A stretch of DNA of 62,830 nt, counting the filler. It is 12 parts of 12 records of this genome, joined end to end, with 100 filler letters (N's around TTAATTAATTAA, not from the genome) between each part and the next. Parts side by side here need not be neighbours in the genome. Positions count along the whole stretch, not along the records: positions 32,572 to 37,250 come from SRR7504441_17931; positions 37,351 to 41,146 come from SRR7504441_17985; positions 41,247 to 45,310 come from SRR7504441_17988; 9 more parts are not named here. The stretch is one strand, 5' to 3'. Numbering within the stretch: position 1 is the first letter of the stretch; every line of letters starts with the position of its first letter. Below, piece after piece: positions 33,556-45,410 of the stretch. Below the pieces are notes generated by a model that searched no databases, had not been told where the DNA came from, and saw only the letters and a program-made list of their open reading frames with translations. The translations under genes were made by a program, and so were the position numbers.

Positions 33556-34562
33556 ATGATGAGGATTGCGGGCGCCGTCGCGGTGCTGTTGGCGGTGCAG
33601 GGCCTAGCCGCGCAGAGCTCGCTTCCGGATGTTGTCGGTGAGCCTGCCACAGTCCCCCTCTGACCGCCTGGCGCAGCCTCGCTCGGGCCGGAGGACAGGC
33701 TAGCGTTGATCTCGACCGAGGACGCCCCAAGCCCCGTGGCAAAGTCCGATGCGCCGCCGGGGGCCGCGGAGGACTCGCCCGAAGTGCAAGAGAAGGTGAT
33801 AAAGGCGTTCGACGAGTCCAAGAAGCAGGCCGATGCCGAACTAGCTCCCATGGACAAGACCCAAAAGGCTCTGACCGCGAGCACCGCCAAGCTGCAGCAA
33901 AGCCAGGCCCAACTCAAGCAATACATGGTGGCCCAGGTGACCTGCTCGGCTCTGAATCTGGGCACTGAGCCGCCCGCGGTCAGGATCTCCCGGAGCCTCC
34001 GGCCCAGGCCAAGCCAAAGGTGGCCCAGGTCAAGCCAAAGGTGGCGGCTTCGTCAAAAGCTGAGTCAGCAGTAAAGCCGATGAAAGTGACAAAAGTCAAT
34101 GAAACTGCGGCCGAGCCAGCAGAGACGGCAGAAACGGAGGCCGCAGAGGAGACGGCCAAAGCCGCTGAAGAATCTGCTGAACGTAGTGCGAACCGCTCCG
34201 AAGCTCGGGCAGCCAGGCAGGTCAAACGTGCTAACGCCGAGGCAGAGGAGAAAATCAAAGAAATGAAGGACAGCGAAAAGAGCAAGACCGCGCAGGTCAA
34301 AAGGCAGGCAAAACGAGCTGAGGCTAGGATGGAGCGCAAAATGGACCGGATGAAGAAGGACGAGCAAGCCAAAGTGGTCAGAATGAAAACTGGGCTCGAG
34401 GCTGAAGCTGCAATTCTAGCCAAAAAGTCCGAAGCAGCGGTAAATGCGGCCAACGCTAAGGCTTCTGCATTGCAAGTGCAACTTGACATGGAAAGGGCAA
34501 AGAATGGCGGAGGTCCAGCTGTTGCTCCTGCTACTCCAGCAGTGAATCAAACCGCTTACTGA
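33556..34562 (+). CDS. Secreted Ala/Glu/Lys-rich coiled-coil protein, 2 introns
   Basis: Signal peptide MMRIAGAVAVLLAVQGLAA; short GT-AG introns join to the 34020..34562 frame; 21-nt tandem repeat encoding AQ(A/V)KPKV. Confidence 0.65.
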
Positions 34563-34802
34563 AGTTCTTCTTGCCGGAGCCAGCTGGCGGCCGGGCTCGC
34601 ATCACACAACTTTAGCCGAAGCCTAAGGTTTGACTAATAGCATGACCCAAGAATAAAATAATTAATATACCGATACAACCATGTCCATATACTCGTATAT
34701 ATATGTGCAATCAACGGTCCCGAGCACATGGCCACACGCTCCGAGTTCAATTCAACATTGGCACTGAACATTGATAACATGATGAATAGCATACCTATCT
34801 GC

Positions 34803-36742
34803 CTAAGCTGCAGGAACCTTGTTGAGCTGGTCATGATCATGCGGCAATTGCCCGGAAAGCGTCTCTAAATCTATTGCTGTCGATTCGGAGGCCATGGAGG
34901 TGGCGTCCGCACCCGCTGCTACATCCGGCTTGTCCTCTGCATTTTCACTAGCTGCAGCACTATTCGGTGACACACCTGGCGTAAGCCGGCCAGAATCCTG
35001 AGCTTCGGGCAGGGGCTGAGGCGGCGGGTTTGCGTTGTCCAAATCGGGGGTGTCGTCTGCCTCAGGAAAGGTGCTCATCCAATAATATGCAATGCCAAGC
35101 GCAGTACAAGCACAGCACGAGGACAGAAAGAATGGCGTCCAAGCATACCTGCACACAGAGGGATTCAGAATGGGAAGACAGAGGCCGCCACCGATCATCA
35201 ACGTCTCCGTACTCGTTGTCAGCGTCGCTACAGTCGCCTCCTGAGCCGACCGAGTAGAAAATGACTGAATAAACAGGGGCAAAAATAGCCAGTGCAAGAA
35301 GGAACACGGCTCCTATTGCAGCTTGAAGCTTGGCCTGGTCCTCTTGGCGGACTTGCTGGCTGATGAGACCCATGAAGGCAGGATTGGCCATTATTGCAGA
35401 TGCATACAATACCCCAGCGACGATGAACGGCACGACCGAGTAAGGCGCAGCAATCATGACACAGCTTCCAATTGTAGCAACAGTGATCCCGAACATGAAG
35501 ATTCTCCGGTTGCCAAACCGCTTGATCAGGTAGACGCTTGCCACCGACCCGCACAGAATCAACACCACCAGGCCGCCCAGCAAGAACGCTGTCTGGGTCT
35601 GGGTAAAAGAGTAAGCCGCGATCGCAAAAGCCTGAAGAATGAATCCTATCGAGAGCGCTGCTGCAACACAAAAGATGCAGAGCGCCAGGACTGCGATATA
35701 CTTGGTCCGCCACAGAATCGATATGTTGGTGAACGGCGAGAGCTGCTTACACTGCCACTGCTTGTGCTTGTGCTCGGGAAGTGTCTCCTTCAGGATGACC
35801 ATCGCCAGCGCCACCACGACGAGCGCCACCGCGGCCAGAGCGAACAGGACCCACCTGTAGTCGCTCAAGTTGCGCGCTAGCACTGCCCCGCCGGCGATCC
35901 CGATTCCGACCACGTTGAAGATGGCCTTGGTCACTTGCAGTATCCCGTAAACACTCCCACGGGTATCGGGCTCCTCAAACCGATCGGCGATCATCGCAAA
36001 CACAGCCGCCGTCCCGCCGTCGGTGCAGCCTTTGATGGCCGAGGCTGCTATGATCAGCGCCACCACCCCGCCGCCTGTTTCAAACAGTGCAGCAACGCCC
36101 ATTACCCCACAATTGGCCGCAAGTCCGAGCAGTCCCAGCACCACCAGAGGCTTTCGGCCAAGCACGTCGCCAAAGAAGCCCTGTCCCGAGCCTCAGCCGG
36201 ACTGGCCGGCAGCGCACCAGCATCGGGAGGCACACACACTGCAGCGCCTGGTCGGTGCCGTCTGCGATCCCCTTGATCAACTGGGCCTGCACCAGCCTCG
36301 CACACGGGACAGACCGGCCGGCAGACCTCCTCGGCCACGTAGCACCGGTCGGCACAATGGTCGCTCCCGCTCCACTTGCTCGAATCCTTGTCGAAATCAC
36401 TCGGGGTGTCCGGGTTGCAGTTCACACTGCCGGCCAGTCGGCCCCAGCCCGGCCGGAGCCGCACGTGGTCCGGATAAAGGAGAAGAAGATGAGCCCGCGC
36501 ATCACCCCCAGCATGGTGTCCAGCGAGGCGATCAGGAGCAGTGCCCACACTAGCTTGATCCGCTCGCACACCGACAGACCGGCCGACGGCTCGCCCGCCG
36601 GCTGATCGGCGTCACTCGCGGGCTGATCGGCGTCACTCGCGGCCGGCGGGTGACTGCGGCCCGGGGTGAGCCCGCCCGCCGGCCCGGGCCACCGCTCGTC
36701 CTTCAGCTCGAGGTCGTCGTCCAAGTCGACCGCGGAGTCCAT
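34803..36742 (-). CDS. MFS transporter (MFSD14/SLC46-like)
   Basis: Motif A-like DVLGRKP, AMIAD, many TM helices, QQVRQEDQAKLQAAI. A Cys-containing first loop and a 21-nt tandem repeat (ASDADQP x2) lie near the N-terminus. Confidence 0.85.
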
Positions 36743-37250
36743 CTGTGAGGCAACCGGTGCGTCCACTCGCGATCGCACGTGCAGCTGACGTGTGAGACAA
36801 CTGAACTGAAGGGCCAGTGCTTAGCCAGTGCTAAGGAGGATAGTGGCTGTTGCGACTATTCTCCGGAGGCCGTGCTGCAGCCAGGCTATCACCTCGACCC
36901 CGAGTACGTCTGCCTGGACAAGGACTCAAGTACATGGGAGGAATTTCTGGATGTTGGGTAGGCGACAAGTGTGCTTGGGAGCGCGGGAGCGTCGTTTGTA
37001 AGAGAATTTAGCATGGCCGTTCATTCGGACCACAAGTTGAACGGTGGGTGGACACTTAGCTGTAGCGATTGTTTGTCCCCTTCCCGAGTGTGTGCAGTGC
37101 CCTTGCAGCATCCATACCGGCTCCGGTTGCTACGCGTGTTCGGCGTGTTCACCATCGGCCAAAGCTGATCAACGACAACAACAACTCCCGTCGGCGGCGT
37201 CGGGATCGACAGGCCTCACTGCAATGGCTGGGCTGTCCGAGTACGAGCAG

Positions 37251-37350
37251 NNNNNNNNNNNNNNNNNNNNNNNNNNNNNNNNNNNNNNNNNNNNTTAATT
37301 AATTAANNNNNNNNNNNNNNNNNNNNNNNNNNNNNNNNNNNNNNNNNNNN
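37251..37350. other. Artificial contig spacer
   Basis: N44-TTAATTAATTAA-N44. Confidence 0.98.
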
Positions 37351-39662
37351 GGCGGCTGCATCTGCCTGTGCTACATCTGCGCCGAGGCGGTGGTACAAGC
37401 TCACGCTCGACGATCGGCGCACCGTCCTGCTCAACCGGGACGTCACCGACCCCGCCCAGCCGGTCGGGCGGGCGTTCCACAATGACTTCTGGGGAAGCTC
37501 GCTGGACGAGGACGGCTCACACAAATCGTATCGCCCGCTGGTCACGCTGAGCCTCCGGGCCGACCGGTGGCTCTCCGGGCTGCCCGTGCCGATAATCGAC
37601 GTGAAGACACTCGACGCCAACGACAACGGCGGGTTCCCCGGTGCGACTGCGCTGGGGCTGGGGCTGCACACCACCAACGTGCTCCTGCACGGTGCGGCCT
37701 CGGCCGGGCTGGGCTGGCTCGGCTGGCGGCTGGGGCTCGGGCCGGGCCCGGCGGCGCTGGCCGGTTGTCTGTTTGCGGCGCACCCTGTGCATACGGAGAA
37801 CGTTGCCAACGTGACCGGGCGAGCGGATGTACTGGCCCTCTTATTGATCATAGGGTACATCGCCGCCCTGCTCCCTGGGAGGGACGCCGGCGGTCGGGAG
37901 CCGAGGGCCGGCCGGGTGATCATGGCGGCAGTGCTCGGTGCGGCCGCAGTTTTATGTAAAGAGAGCGCTATGCCAATGCTGCTGATCCCGCTGGTCTGGC
38001 GAGTCTGGTGCACCGCCCGATGCCCGGCTGGGACGGCGGTCGCGGCGGTCATCGCAATCGGGGCCCCACTCGCGCTTCGGATGGCGGTCTCCGGGGGCAG
38101 TCTCGGGGATATTTCGGCACGGCGGTTCGACTGGTACGACGCACCGTTGCTGACCGAGGCCAACCTAGTACAAGACTTTGCCTACCCCATGCCCTCACCT
38201 AGTCCGCCGTCCGGGCCGGCGCACAAGGCCATGACCGCTCTGGCGAGGCGGTGCAGCGCGCTGCGCAGTTCTATTGTGCCTCCGCTGCCTCCGGCGCCAG
38301 GGCTGTACCGGCCGGTGCCAATCGCGCTGCTCGGCCCTAGCCACGCCACAGGGCGACGGATTGTGACTGCACTTGAGCTCGCCGGCAGATACATTGAGGG
38401 CCTGGTGGTGCTGCCGTGGCCGTCACGAGAGCTGATCAGCTCGCTAGGCTACGGCGGTTCGCTGTCCTCTTGGCCGCTTATTCCCTCAACATGGCCGCGC
38501 TCGTATGCTTTCGACTATAGCTACCCGGCATCCATCCCGGGTCAGATCTCCGGGCTCAGGCTAGCGCTGCTCCTGGGGGCTGTTGGGTGCTCTCTGGTTG
38601 TTGCGGTCAAGTCGCGGGCAGCAGGGTTACAGTCGGGCCATTCGCGGCGAGCCGTTTGGGTGCTTGGGCTAGCTTCTGGGTTGGTACTCCCTTGCCAGAT
38701 CATCCGGCCTATCGGGACCATATACGCAGACAGACTCAGCTACTTGCCGTCAGCTCCCGCGGCGGCGCTCGCATCGGAGGCTTTGTTCGCTGTTGCCTCG
38801 CCGGCTGTGGCCGGAGCCGTCGGGGCAGTGGCCGTGTCATCGCTGTTGCTCTCTTCCAGGGCGCACGCCGAGGACTGGGGCTCCAACGAGCGGCTCTACG
38901 TGTCCGGGCTGCAGGGCCCGGCCGGCCGGTCGGCCAAGGTACAGTTCAACGCGGCGGTTACGCTCGGACACGTCGGGATGCATTGGTGCAGCAAAAGCGA
39001 CCCGAGCGAGCACTGCAAGCAGGATGCCTGTGCGTTCATCATACGGGCGGCCCAGCTGTTCAATGCAACAGCCTTCAGTGTCCCCGATCAGCCTAACACA
39101 GCATGGAATTCCGGTTACATGGCCCGCGAGTGCGGGATGCTGGTGGAGGCCGGGCACAGCCTGGCGCACGGGCTGGCCGCTGACTGCTACTCCGGGTTTA
39201 CCCGGCATTTGGCCCCAAAATGCGTCCGAGACTTGATCAAAGTGGCCAGGTACGTACATAGTTAATATTACAGATAGCAAGCGGCTGAGCCTCGGGTAGT
39301 CTGGCAGCCGAGAGCATCATCGGGCTGCTCGAGGCCTTCGACGGCAAAGAGCATCTGTTCCACACGCTGATCCGGCCAAAGCTGGCTCGGATAGATGCCT
39401 TGGTCTACCTTGCCTTCAACGAGCGGCAGCCGACCTGGAGGCAGACGGCTGTTCAGACCAAAATGCTCCAACCAGGGGGGCCGTCGCCTAGCTGGCGGCA
39501 GGAGGTGAGATTGGGGCTGATAGTAATTATATATGTGTATTAATAATTTTGGGCCAGGTGAACGCTGTGGACGAGGAGTGCCTTGTGCGAGGGCGGGGCT
39601 GCCCCGAGTGGCCGTACAGGCTAAGCGACGTTGGCCGGGCCGAGATTGGCTCTCGCGGTTAA
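37351..39662 (+). CDS. TMTC-family protein O-mannosyltransferase (5' partial, 3' exons uncertain)
   Basis: LDDRRTVLLNRDV...NDFWG...SHKSYRPL, NVLLH, LFAAHPVHTENVANVTGRADVL, LCKE, YADRLSYLPS, DWGSNERLY and SAKVQFN. Confidence 0.88.
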
Positions 39663-39991
39663 CTGTGATAATCTCGGAAATCTTTAGTGAATGATATTAA
39701 GTGATTCACTCATTGCCTATTATTCTGGCAATTTCTGGCCAGGTTTCCTGGCCATTTTCCGGCACGCCGATTTAGCCTAGATTAATTAAAGGCGCTAGAC
39801 TGGGCCCACTATAGTCGACGTATCGCCCCCCTCGCCCCTCGAATCGGACTAACTCCTAGCGATCGGCCTCAACTCAATTAATTAATAATTTGTAATACAA
39901 TACGAGAGTGCTTTAGCAGAGCCTCTCTCCCGGACAGCACCCGCGGCCCCGCCAGCTTCCAGGCGCGGCGTCCGTTGTATTCCGTTGGCGC

Positions 39992-40828
39992 CTAGAGCCG
40001 GGCTTCGGGCAGCGAAGTCCACAGCGCATCAGGTCGATCGGGCATGTACGCCGTCGGCATCGGGCACTGGACCTTCCCGACCACCTCGCCTTGGTTGTTC
40101 ATGGTGGCCGTGCCCTCGAACCAGATGTCGGCCAGCTTGGGCAGGCTGTCGTCAACGTCCTGCGCGCGGTTCTCGTAGTGCGCGTGGAACCTCGGCTGAA
40201 ACACATCGGGCAGGTGGCCGTGCCGCCACGGGTTCTTCCCGGAGGCGTCCTTGTACTCGGTCTCGGCATACCACTCGGGCAGGTCGAAATTGTACGGCCA
40301 CATCAGCGTGAAGTCGGCCCCGGGGTCGGCGAACTTCACGTTGATCGCGGTCCCGCATCCGCCACAGAAGAAGACCTCGGCGGTGCCCCGAAGGTTGCGT
40401 GAGAGCTTCTGGACCGTCCATGACTTGAGCAGCTCCTGGCCCTTGGTGACGGTCACCGCGTTCTCGTTGTTGACCCAGAGGCAGTGAGTTGGGACCGCCT
40501 GGGCCCAGTAGATCCGGCACATGGCGCAGTGGCAAATGAAGGAGGCGCACAGCGAGCCGTCCACGCGGAAGAGAAGCTGGCCGCACTTGCAGTGCCCAGT
40601 CATGTGGATCTCGGGGTGACCGTTCGGGAAGAAGCTCTTATCAAGATTCTCAAAGATCTTCTTCCATAGCGCCGCCGGGAACTGCGTTGCCGCAGCCGGC
40701 TCCGGCGCCAACGGGCTCTCGGCCCGGGGGCGGGCGGCGGGGGTGCAGGGCACGCAGCTCTCCACCTCGTCTAACGGCTTCTTGTTGAGCGAGGCCAGCC
40801 AGAGGCCCGATTGGAATCCGCAGGCCAT
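39992..40828 (-). CDS. GFA/CENP-V zinc-binding domain protein
   Basis: TGHCKCG...ICHCAMCR...FFCGGCGT...PRFHAHYENR; C-terminal ARL. Confidence 0.82.
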   Translation of the reverse strand: MACGFQSGLWLASLNKKPLDEVESCVPCTPAARPRAESPLAPEPAAATQFPAALWKKIFENLDKSFFPNGHPEIHMTGHCKCGQLLFRVDGSLCASFICHCAMCRIYWAQAVPTHCLWVNNENAVTVTKGQELLKSWTVQKLSRNLRGTAEVFFCGGCGTAINVKFADPGADFTLMWPYNFDLPEWYAETEYKDASGKNPWRHGHLPDVFQPRFHAHYENRAQDVDDSLPKLADIWFEGTATMNNQGEVVGKVQCPMPTAYMPDRPDALWTSLPEARL

Positions 40829-41146
40829 TGCGCGCGTGTGCTTGCAGGCGCGGCGTCCGCAGCAGTTCTGAAAAGTCAGAAGCAAATTGTGGACCACTTG
40901 CGCGCGCACGTCTTCTGCAGGCTTGTCGGTGGATCTACCTGCACGGACATGGCTAGCCGCTGTTGGCGCGCTGCTGCTGGCATGGGGGTCGGCGTGGTCC
41001 CGCCGACCGGCCCGCGGCCAGTCTGACTGCTCTGCCACAAGAACTAGACTGATGCATCGGAGATCAGAGTCTGTTAGAGGTCGTGAGACCATGCGTGAGA
41101 CCAGGATCATACGATCAGGGAGCGTTTCATGCGCATTTAGATTACA

Positions 41147-41246
41147 NNNNNNNNNNNNNNNNNNNNNNNNNNNNNNNNNNNNNNNNNNNNTTAATTAATT
41201 AANNNNNNNNNNNNNNNNNNNNNNNNNNNNNNNNNNNNNNNNNNNN
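41147..41246. other. Artificial contig spacer
   Basis: N44-TTAATTAATTAA-N44. Confidence 0.98.
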
Positions 41247-42350
41247 AGGCTGAGGCAGGTGATGAGAGCAAGTGCGTCTGTAGCTTTACTTTCTAGTCTT
41301 CAGAATGCTGTATTTGCACCCCAGGCTCAGGCCGACCTCATCATTGCCAAAACTGAGGCAAAAATCGACCTGCAAGATGCTCTGGCTGTTCTCGAAGATT
41401 TGCGATTTGATGAAAAGGCGAAGCACGATGAGCAGCAGCTAGAAGTGGATCATTTACAGCAGATGCTTGCTCTGACCATGACTGAACTTGAGACCATGCA
41501 AGCAGAAGCGGCTTCTCGTGTCGCAGTTCTTGGCGAGCTAGAACGACTGAGATGGCAGCTTGCTGAGGCCGAGGCTGTGATACAACAAGCAGAGCGTAAA
41601 TCCGAAGAGCAGCGGGTTTTCATAAAAGCACTGGAGGTGGAACTGCTGGAGGGTGGTGGTCCAGAGGAGCTGCAGAGGCTGAGGGAGGCAAACATTGATC
41701 TCGAGATGCAACTTGCAGATGTGGAGGCGCATACAGTAGGCACTGATCTCGAGTACAGTTTGGCGAGTAACACCATCGCGGCCCTGACTACTAGAGTAGA
41801 CAGACTGCAATGTTCTCATGCTGAGCTACAAGCCCGGTTGTGTCTAGTAGAACCTGAGAAACGGGCATTGGAGCATGAGGTTCAACAGTTGAAGGAGCTA
41901 GCAGAGGCTTCTGCTGCAGAGGCCAGGCAGCTCGCGGATCAAGTATCGCTGCATGAGAGCCAAAAACAATGGCTCAAGCAAGACCTGCACGAAACTAAGC
42001 GACAGCAGGACATTACTGATGAAGCTCAGAAGCTAATTGGGTATTATACTGTGGAATTCAAAAGTGAAGCAGAGCAGGAGAGGCAAAGGCGCAGAGTTGC
42101 TGAATATCAGGTCGAGGATCTATTTGAAAAATTGCAGACACTTCAGTTAGAGCTCGCAACATCACGTTCTGGCAATGTGCTTCAAAAGCAGCGCCACACG
42201 ACTTCCCGTGTTTTGACAAGTGATTCTGAGCGAGCGCGCTCGTCGTGTTTTAGGCAGAAAAGATGGCGTTGCTACCTGAGAGAGGCTTTTTCGCTATGGA
42301 GACGGAGTGCTCGTGGTAGTAGCTCGAGGAATGGAACTTTTCGTGATTAA
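41247..42350 (+). CDS. Long coiled-coil protein (5' partial)
   Basis: About 340-aa E/Q/L-rich heptad ORF. Confidence 0.65.
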   Translation, partial: RLRQVMRASASVALLSSLQNAVFAPQAQADLIIAKTEAKIDLQDALAVLEDLRFDEKAKHDEQQLEVDHLQQMLALTMTELETMQAEAASRVAVLGELERLRWQLAEAEAVIQQAERKSEEQRVFIKALEVELLEGGGPEELQRLREANIDLEMQLADVEAHTVGTDLEYSLASNTIAALTTRVDRLQCSHAELQARLCLVEPEKRALEHEVQQLKELAEASAAEARQLADQVSLHESQKQWLKQDLHETKRQQDITDEAQKLIGYYTVEFKSEAEQERQRRRVAEYQVEDLFEKLQTLQLELATSRSGNVLQKQRHTTSRVLTSDSERARSSCFRQKRWRCYLREAFSLWRRSARGSSSRNGTFRD

Positions 42351-42637
42351 GAGCCGGTTGGGGCGCCATGGATAGCTATGCGGACGTAGTGGGGACGGTC
42401 TAGGGCCAACTTTTGCATGAAGAGTCCTCCGCTCATCAATTCTAGACGTAAATAACGAAACAAATTAGCCATCAATTCTTGGGCGCCCTATTGCATAGTT
42501 ATTAATGCCAAGCGTACAATAGTCATAATGCTTCTCTATAGTAGAATGTTTAAAATTAGAACAGTGCGAATCCTGCTATACGAACTAGAATTACATTAAT
42601 TTTGTTGGGTAATGGCAAAGCAGTAATAAAGCAGTAA

Positions 42638-45310
42638 TTACATTTGATTGGACATGTCAAAAGCACTGCTCTCCCCTACCGCACCAGCCGCCTCTGTGGA
42701 TTCTACACCGCTTGGAGTTCCGAACAGTGTCGGCTTCGACTGTTCAGATTCGCTCAACCTTGATGAGATTTTCATCCTATCGGTCCGTCCTTTGAGAAGC
42801 GCTTGAACCCTTCTAACCGCTTCCTCTTTCTCTAATTTGATTTGCGCGTCGATCTCAGACGTAGCTTCGTCGAGTCCGTGGGAGCCTGCAGCCGATGGAG
42901 CAGCTAGGAAAGACTGACCAAGTCTGTGCTTCCCACTCCCAGCCGTCCTAATGTCCTCAGTTGGTCGGTCAAATACCGAGCCAGAGTCCAACAGATCAGA
43001 ATCTTTTACTATTTTCCTTTTGACCAGCTCGTCCAGGGTCTTCGATAGCCAAGCTTCTGTTCGTAGGGCTCGCCTCTGAGTGAAAGCCAACTCGATGTAC
43101 AGCTCACCATGCCGCCGCAGCGCTTCATACTCTGAATACATGTTGATGATAATTCCAACGAACAGCTGAGAGAACAGCACACCGACAATGAATACATAGA
43201 TGATAAAAAACCACGCGTTTAGCCGATTGGTTGCATAGCTCGTAGCGTACATAACTTCGTGCCACCCCTCGCCGACCAACATCTGGAACATCGTTACAAA
43301 AGAAGCCAAGACGGACTCAAACTTGGAGTTGTCATAGCGAAAGAGGTAGTATGCTATCGCAGCAAAGAAATACATTGTAATCACCAAAACGATTGCATAA
43401 ATCTTGATTGCTGTCAAAGTCACCAGCAGAGAGTAAAGCAGGCTGTTGACAATGGGCAACAACACCAGAAGCCGCAATAGAGAAATAGCCATACATGTCC
43501 GCAACAGCCCCACTGCAAAGGCGTTCTCGTCATTGAAGACCGCCAAACGATATATAAGAAGCGCCACTGAGCTTACGAACGCAAAGGACACAAGGATGAG
43601 ATCGTAGCGCCTGTCAGCTGTAATACGGCGATTGAAGGGATGAACAAGCAATCGCCACACTCCAGGCAAATCAGATCCTCGGTTGACCATTGTGTCTTTT
43701 GCGAGCATGGCAGAGTTGTAGCTGAGGACAGTTGAGCGGAACTCGTCCTGAAAGAATTCTGAAACGCACAAACAATCTTGTTAGGGTACATGCGCTTTGA
43801 AACAAGGGGGTGCCTGGATGTGCGAGGTGGTGCTGCTTGAATATATATATCCTGCCACAGGTTTCCAACACATATGCCAAGTTGAAACTCATACTGGCAT
43901 AATCGATCGCGCTGTCTGTCATGACAGTGCCGAACATCATAAGTATTGTCCCATGAACAGCAATGATGGCGCAGATCGTGTAGTTAATTCCAGCTTCAGA
44001 GTTAAAGAAGGTATCGGTATATGGGTCAAGCTTCCGTTTCTCCAGATCAATTCTAAGCTTGAGTCTTCGAATGCGCCGCCTGAACTTGTCGGCCAACTCC
44101 GCTTTCTTATCCGCCTCCGACAATCTATCTTTACGGAAGGATGTTTCTGCAGTAACCCCAGGCTCCTCTTCATTCTGAACAATATCTTCGAAGGACTTGG
44201 TGTAGTATGAGAACAAAATCTGGTCCCTGAGCACTTGATTGCTGGCAATGACTGCAAGCATCTCCACAACATCTGGCACAATATGAGGATTGAGACGCAG
44301 GAGGACTCACCAAGCATCAAATCGAACTCAGCCATGGAGATACCATCGTCCTCGTTTTCATCGAGAATGGCGAAGGCTGGAAAGCAAAGACTCATGAAAC
44401 TAGTACCCAACGGTGACACACCTTGTGAAACCACGTTCCGTTGCACCTCTGAAGCGTGGTCTCGATCCAACATGTCGAGGTCAATCCGGAGGATGCCTAA
44501 AACCAAATAACCATCAGAAATTTGTTCTGGGAAGCTAGCACCCAGCTCATTGCATTTCGCAATCAGATGCTCGAACTGATCCTTGTTGATCGTGGTGTAA
44601 ACGTCACCGAGCTGATCGCACATGCTAAGAACTGATGCTCCAGCCACTTGATCTGGCACATTTTGCAAAAGGTCCATCTGGCAACAAAATCCTCAACTTT
44701 TACACGTTTTAGCCGGGGGACCATATTGTTCATTGCATTGTTGCCAGAGATAAAGAAGTCCGCTTGGATTGCCCGTCCAGATCCGACCGAAGATAGCTTT
44801 CCCACCTGGATAGATGCATCGTTCGGCAGCCGATTTTCGAGTTCTCTCTGGATCAGTGTCCTGGTGAATTCTTCGTCAGCTGAGTTGAAGTCGGCAGCCA
44901 GCTCCAATGCTCCTCGTACAATAGCCTGTGGTTGTGGCTGGGAAGCGTGCCAAAGTAGAAACGTTGGCCTGACCAAACCTCAGACAGTTCTGGACTCGGG
45001 GATCACGCTAGCATTTTGTAACGCTCGGCTTGCTCCAGCGCTTCCTGCTCCAGTTTTTGTGCATCATGCATTGCTTGAAAGGTGGCAACTACAAGAGAAA
45101 TCAGTCCAAGGGTTCCTACAAGAGCCCAGATCGCCAGCCCTGAACAACCAAACCGAATGAGATTTTTTGGTCGAGAAAGTGGGAGCGCACAAGGAAAATA
45201 GCCATAGGAGTCAGCATATACTTTGTCTGCAACGTCGGCGTAGTTTTCTCCCTGTCACGGGTAAGCTGTCGCCAACCCCAGGCTAGCTTACAGTTGCCAG
45301 ATAAACAAAA
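42638..45310 (-). CDS. Two-pore/Cav-like Ca2+ channel subunit, C-terminal part (5' partial)
   Basis: Ion_trans repeat with pore FESVLASFVTMFQMLVGEGWHEVM and S6 LFVGIIINMY. An upstream EF-hand (DENEDDGISMAEF) and a C-terminal IQ-like motif (VQALLKGRTDR). Confidence 0.8.
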
Positions 45311-45410
45311 NNNNNNNNNNNNNNNNNNNNNNNNNNNNNNNNNNNNNNNNNNNNTTAATTAATTAANNNNNNNNNNNNNNNNNNNNNNNNNNNNNNNNNN
45401 NNNNNNNNNN
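45311..45410. other. Artificial contig spacer
   Basis: N44-TTAATTAATTAA-N44. Confidence 0.98.

Noticed and set aside
36779-37250. Short ORFs between the MFS start and the contig end, including a possible gene start MAGLSEYEQ at 37224
   Set aside because: Too short or truncated to support a call.
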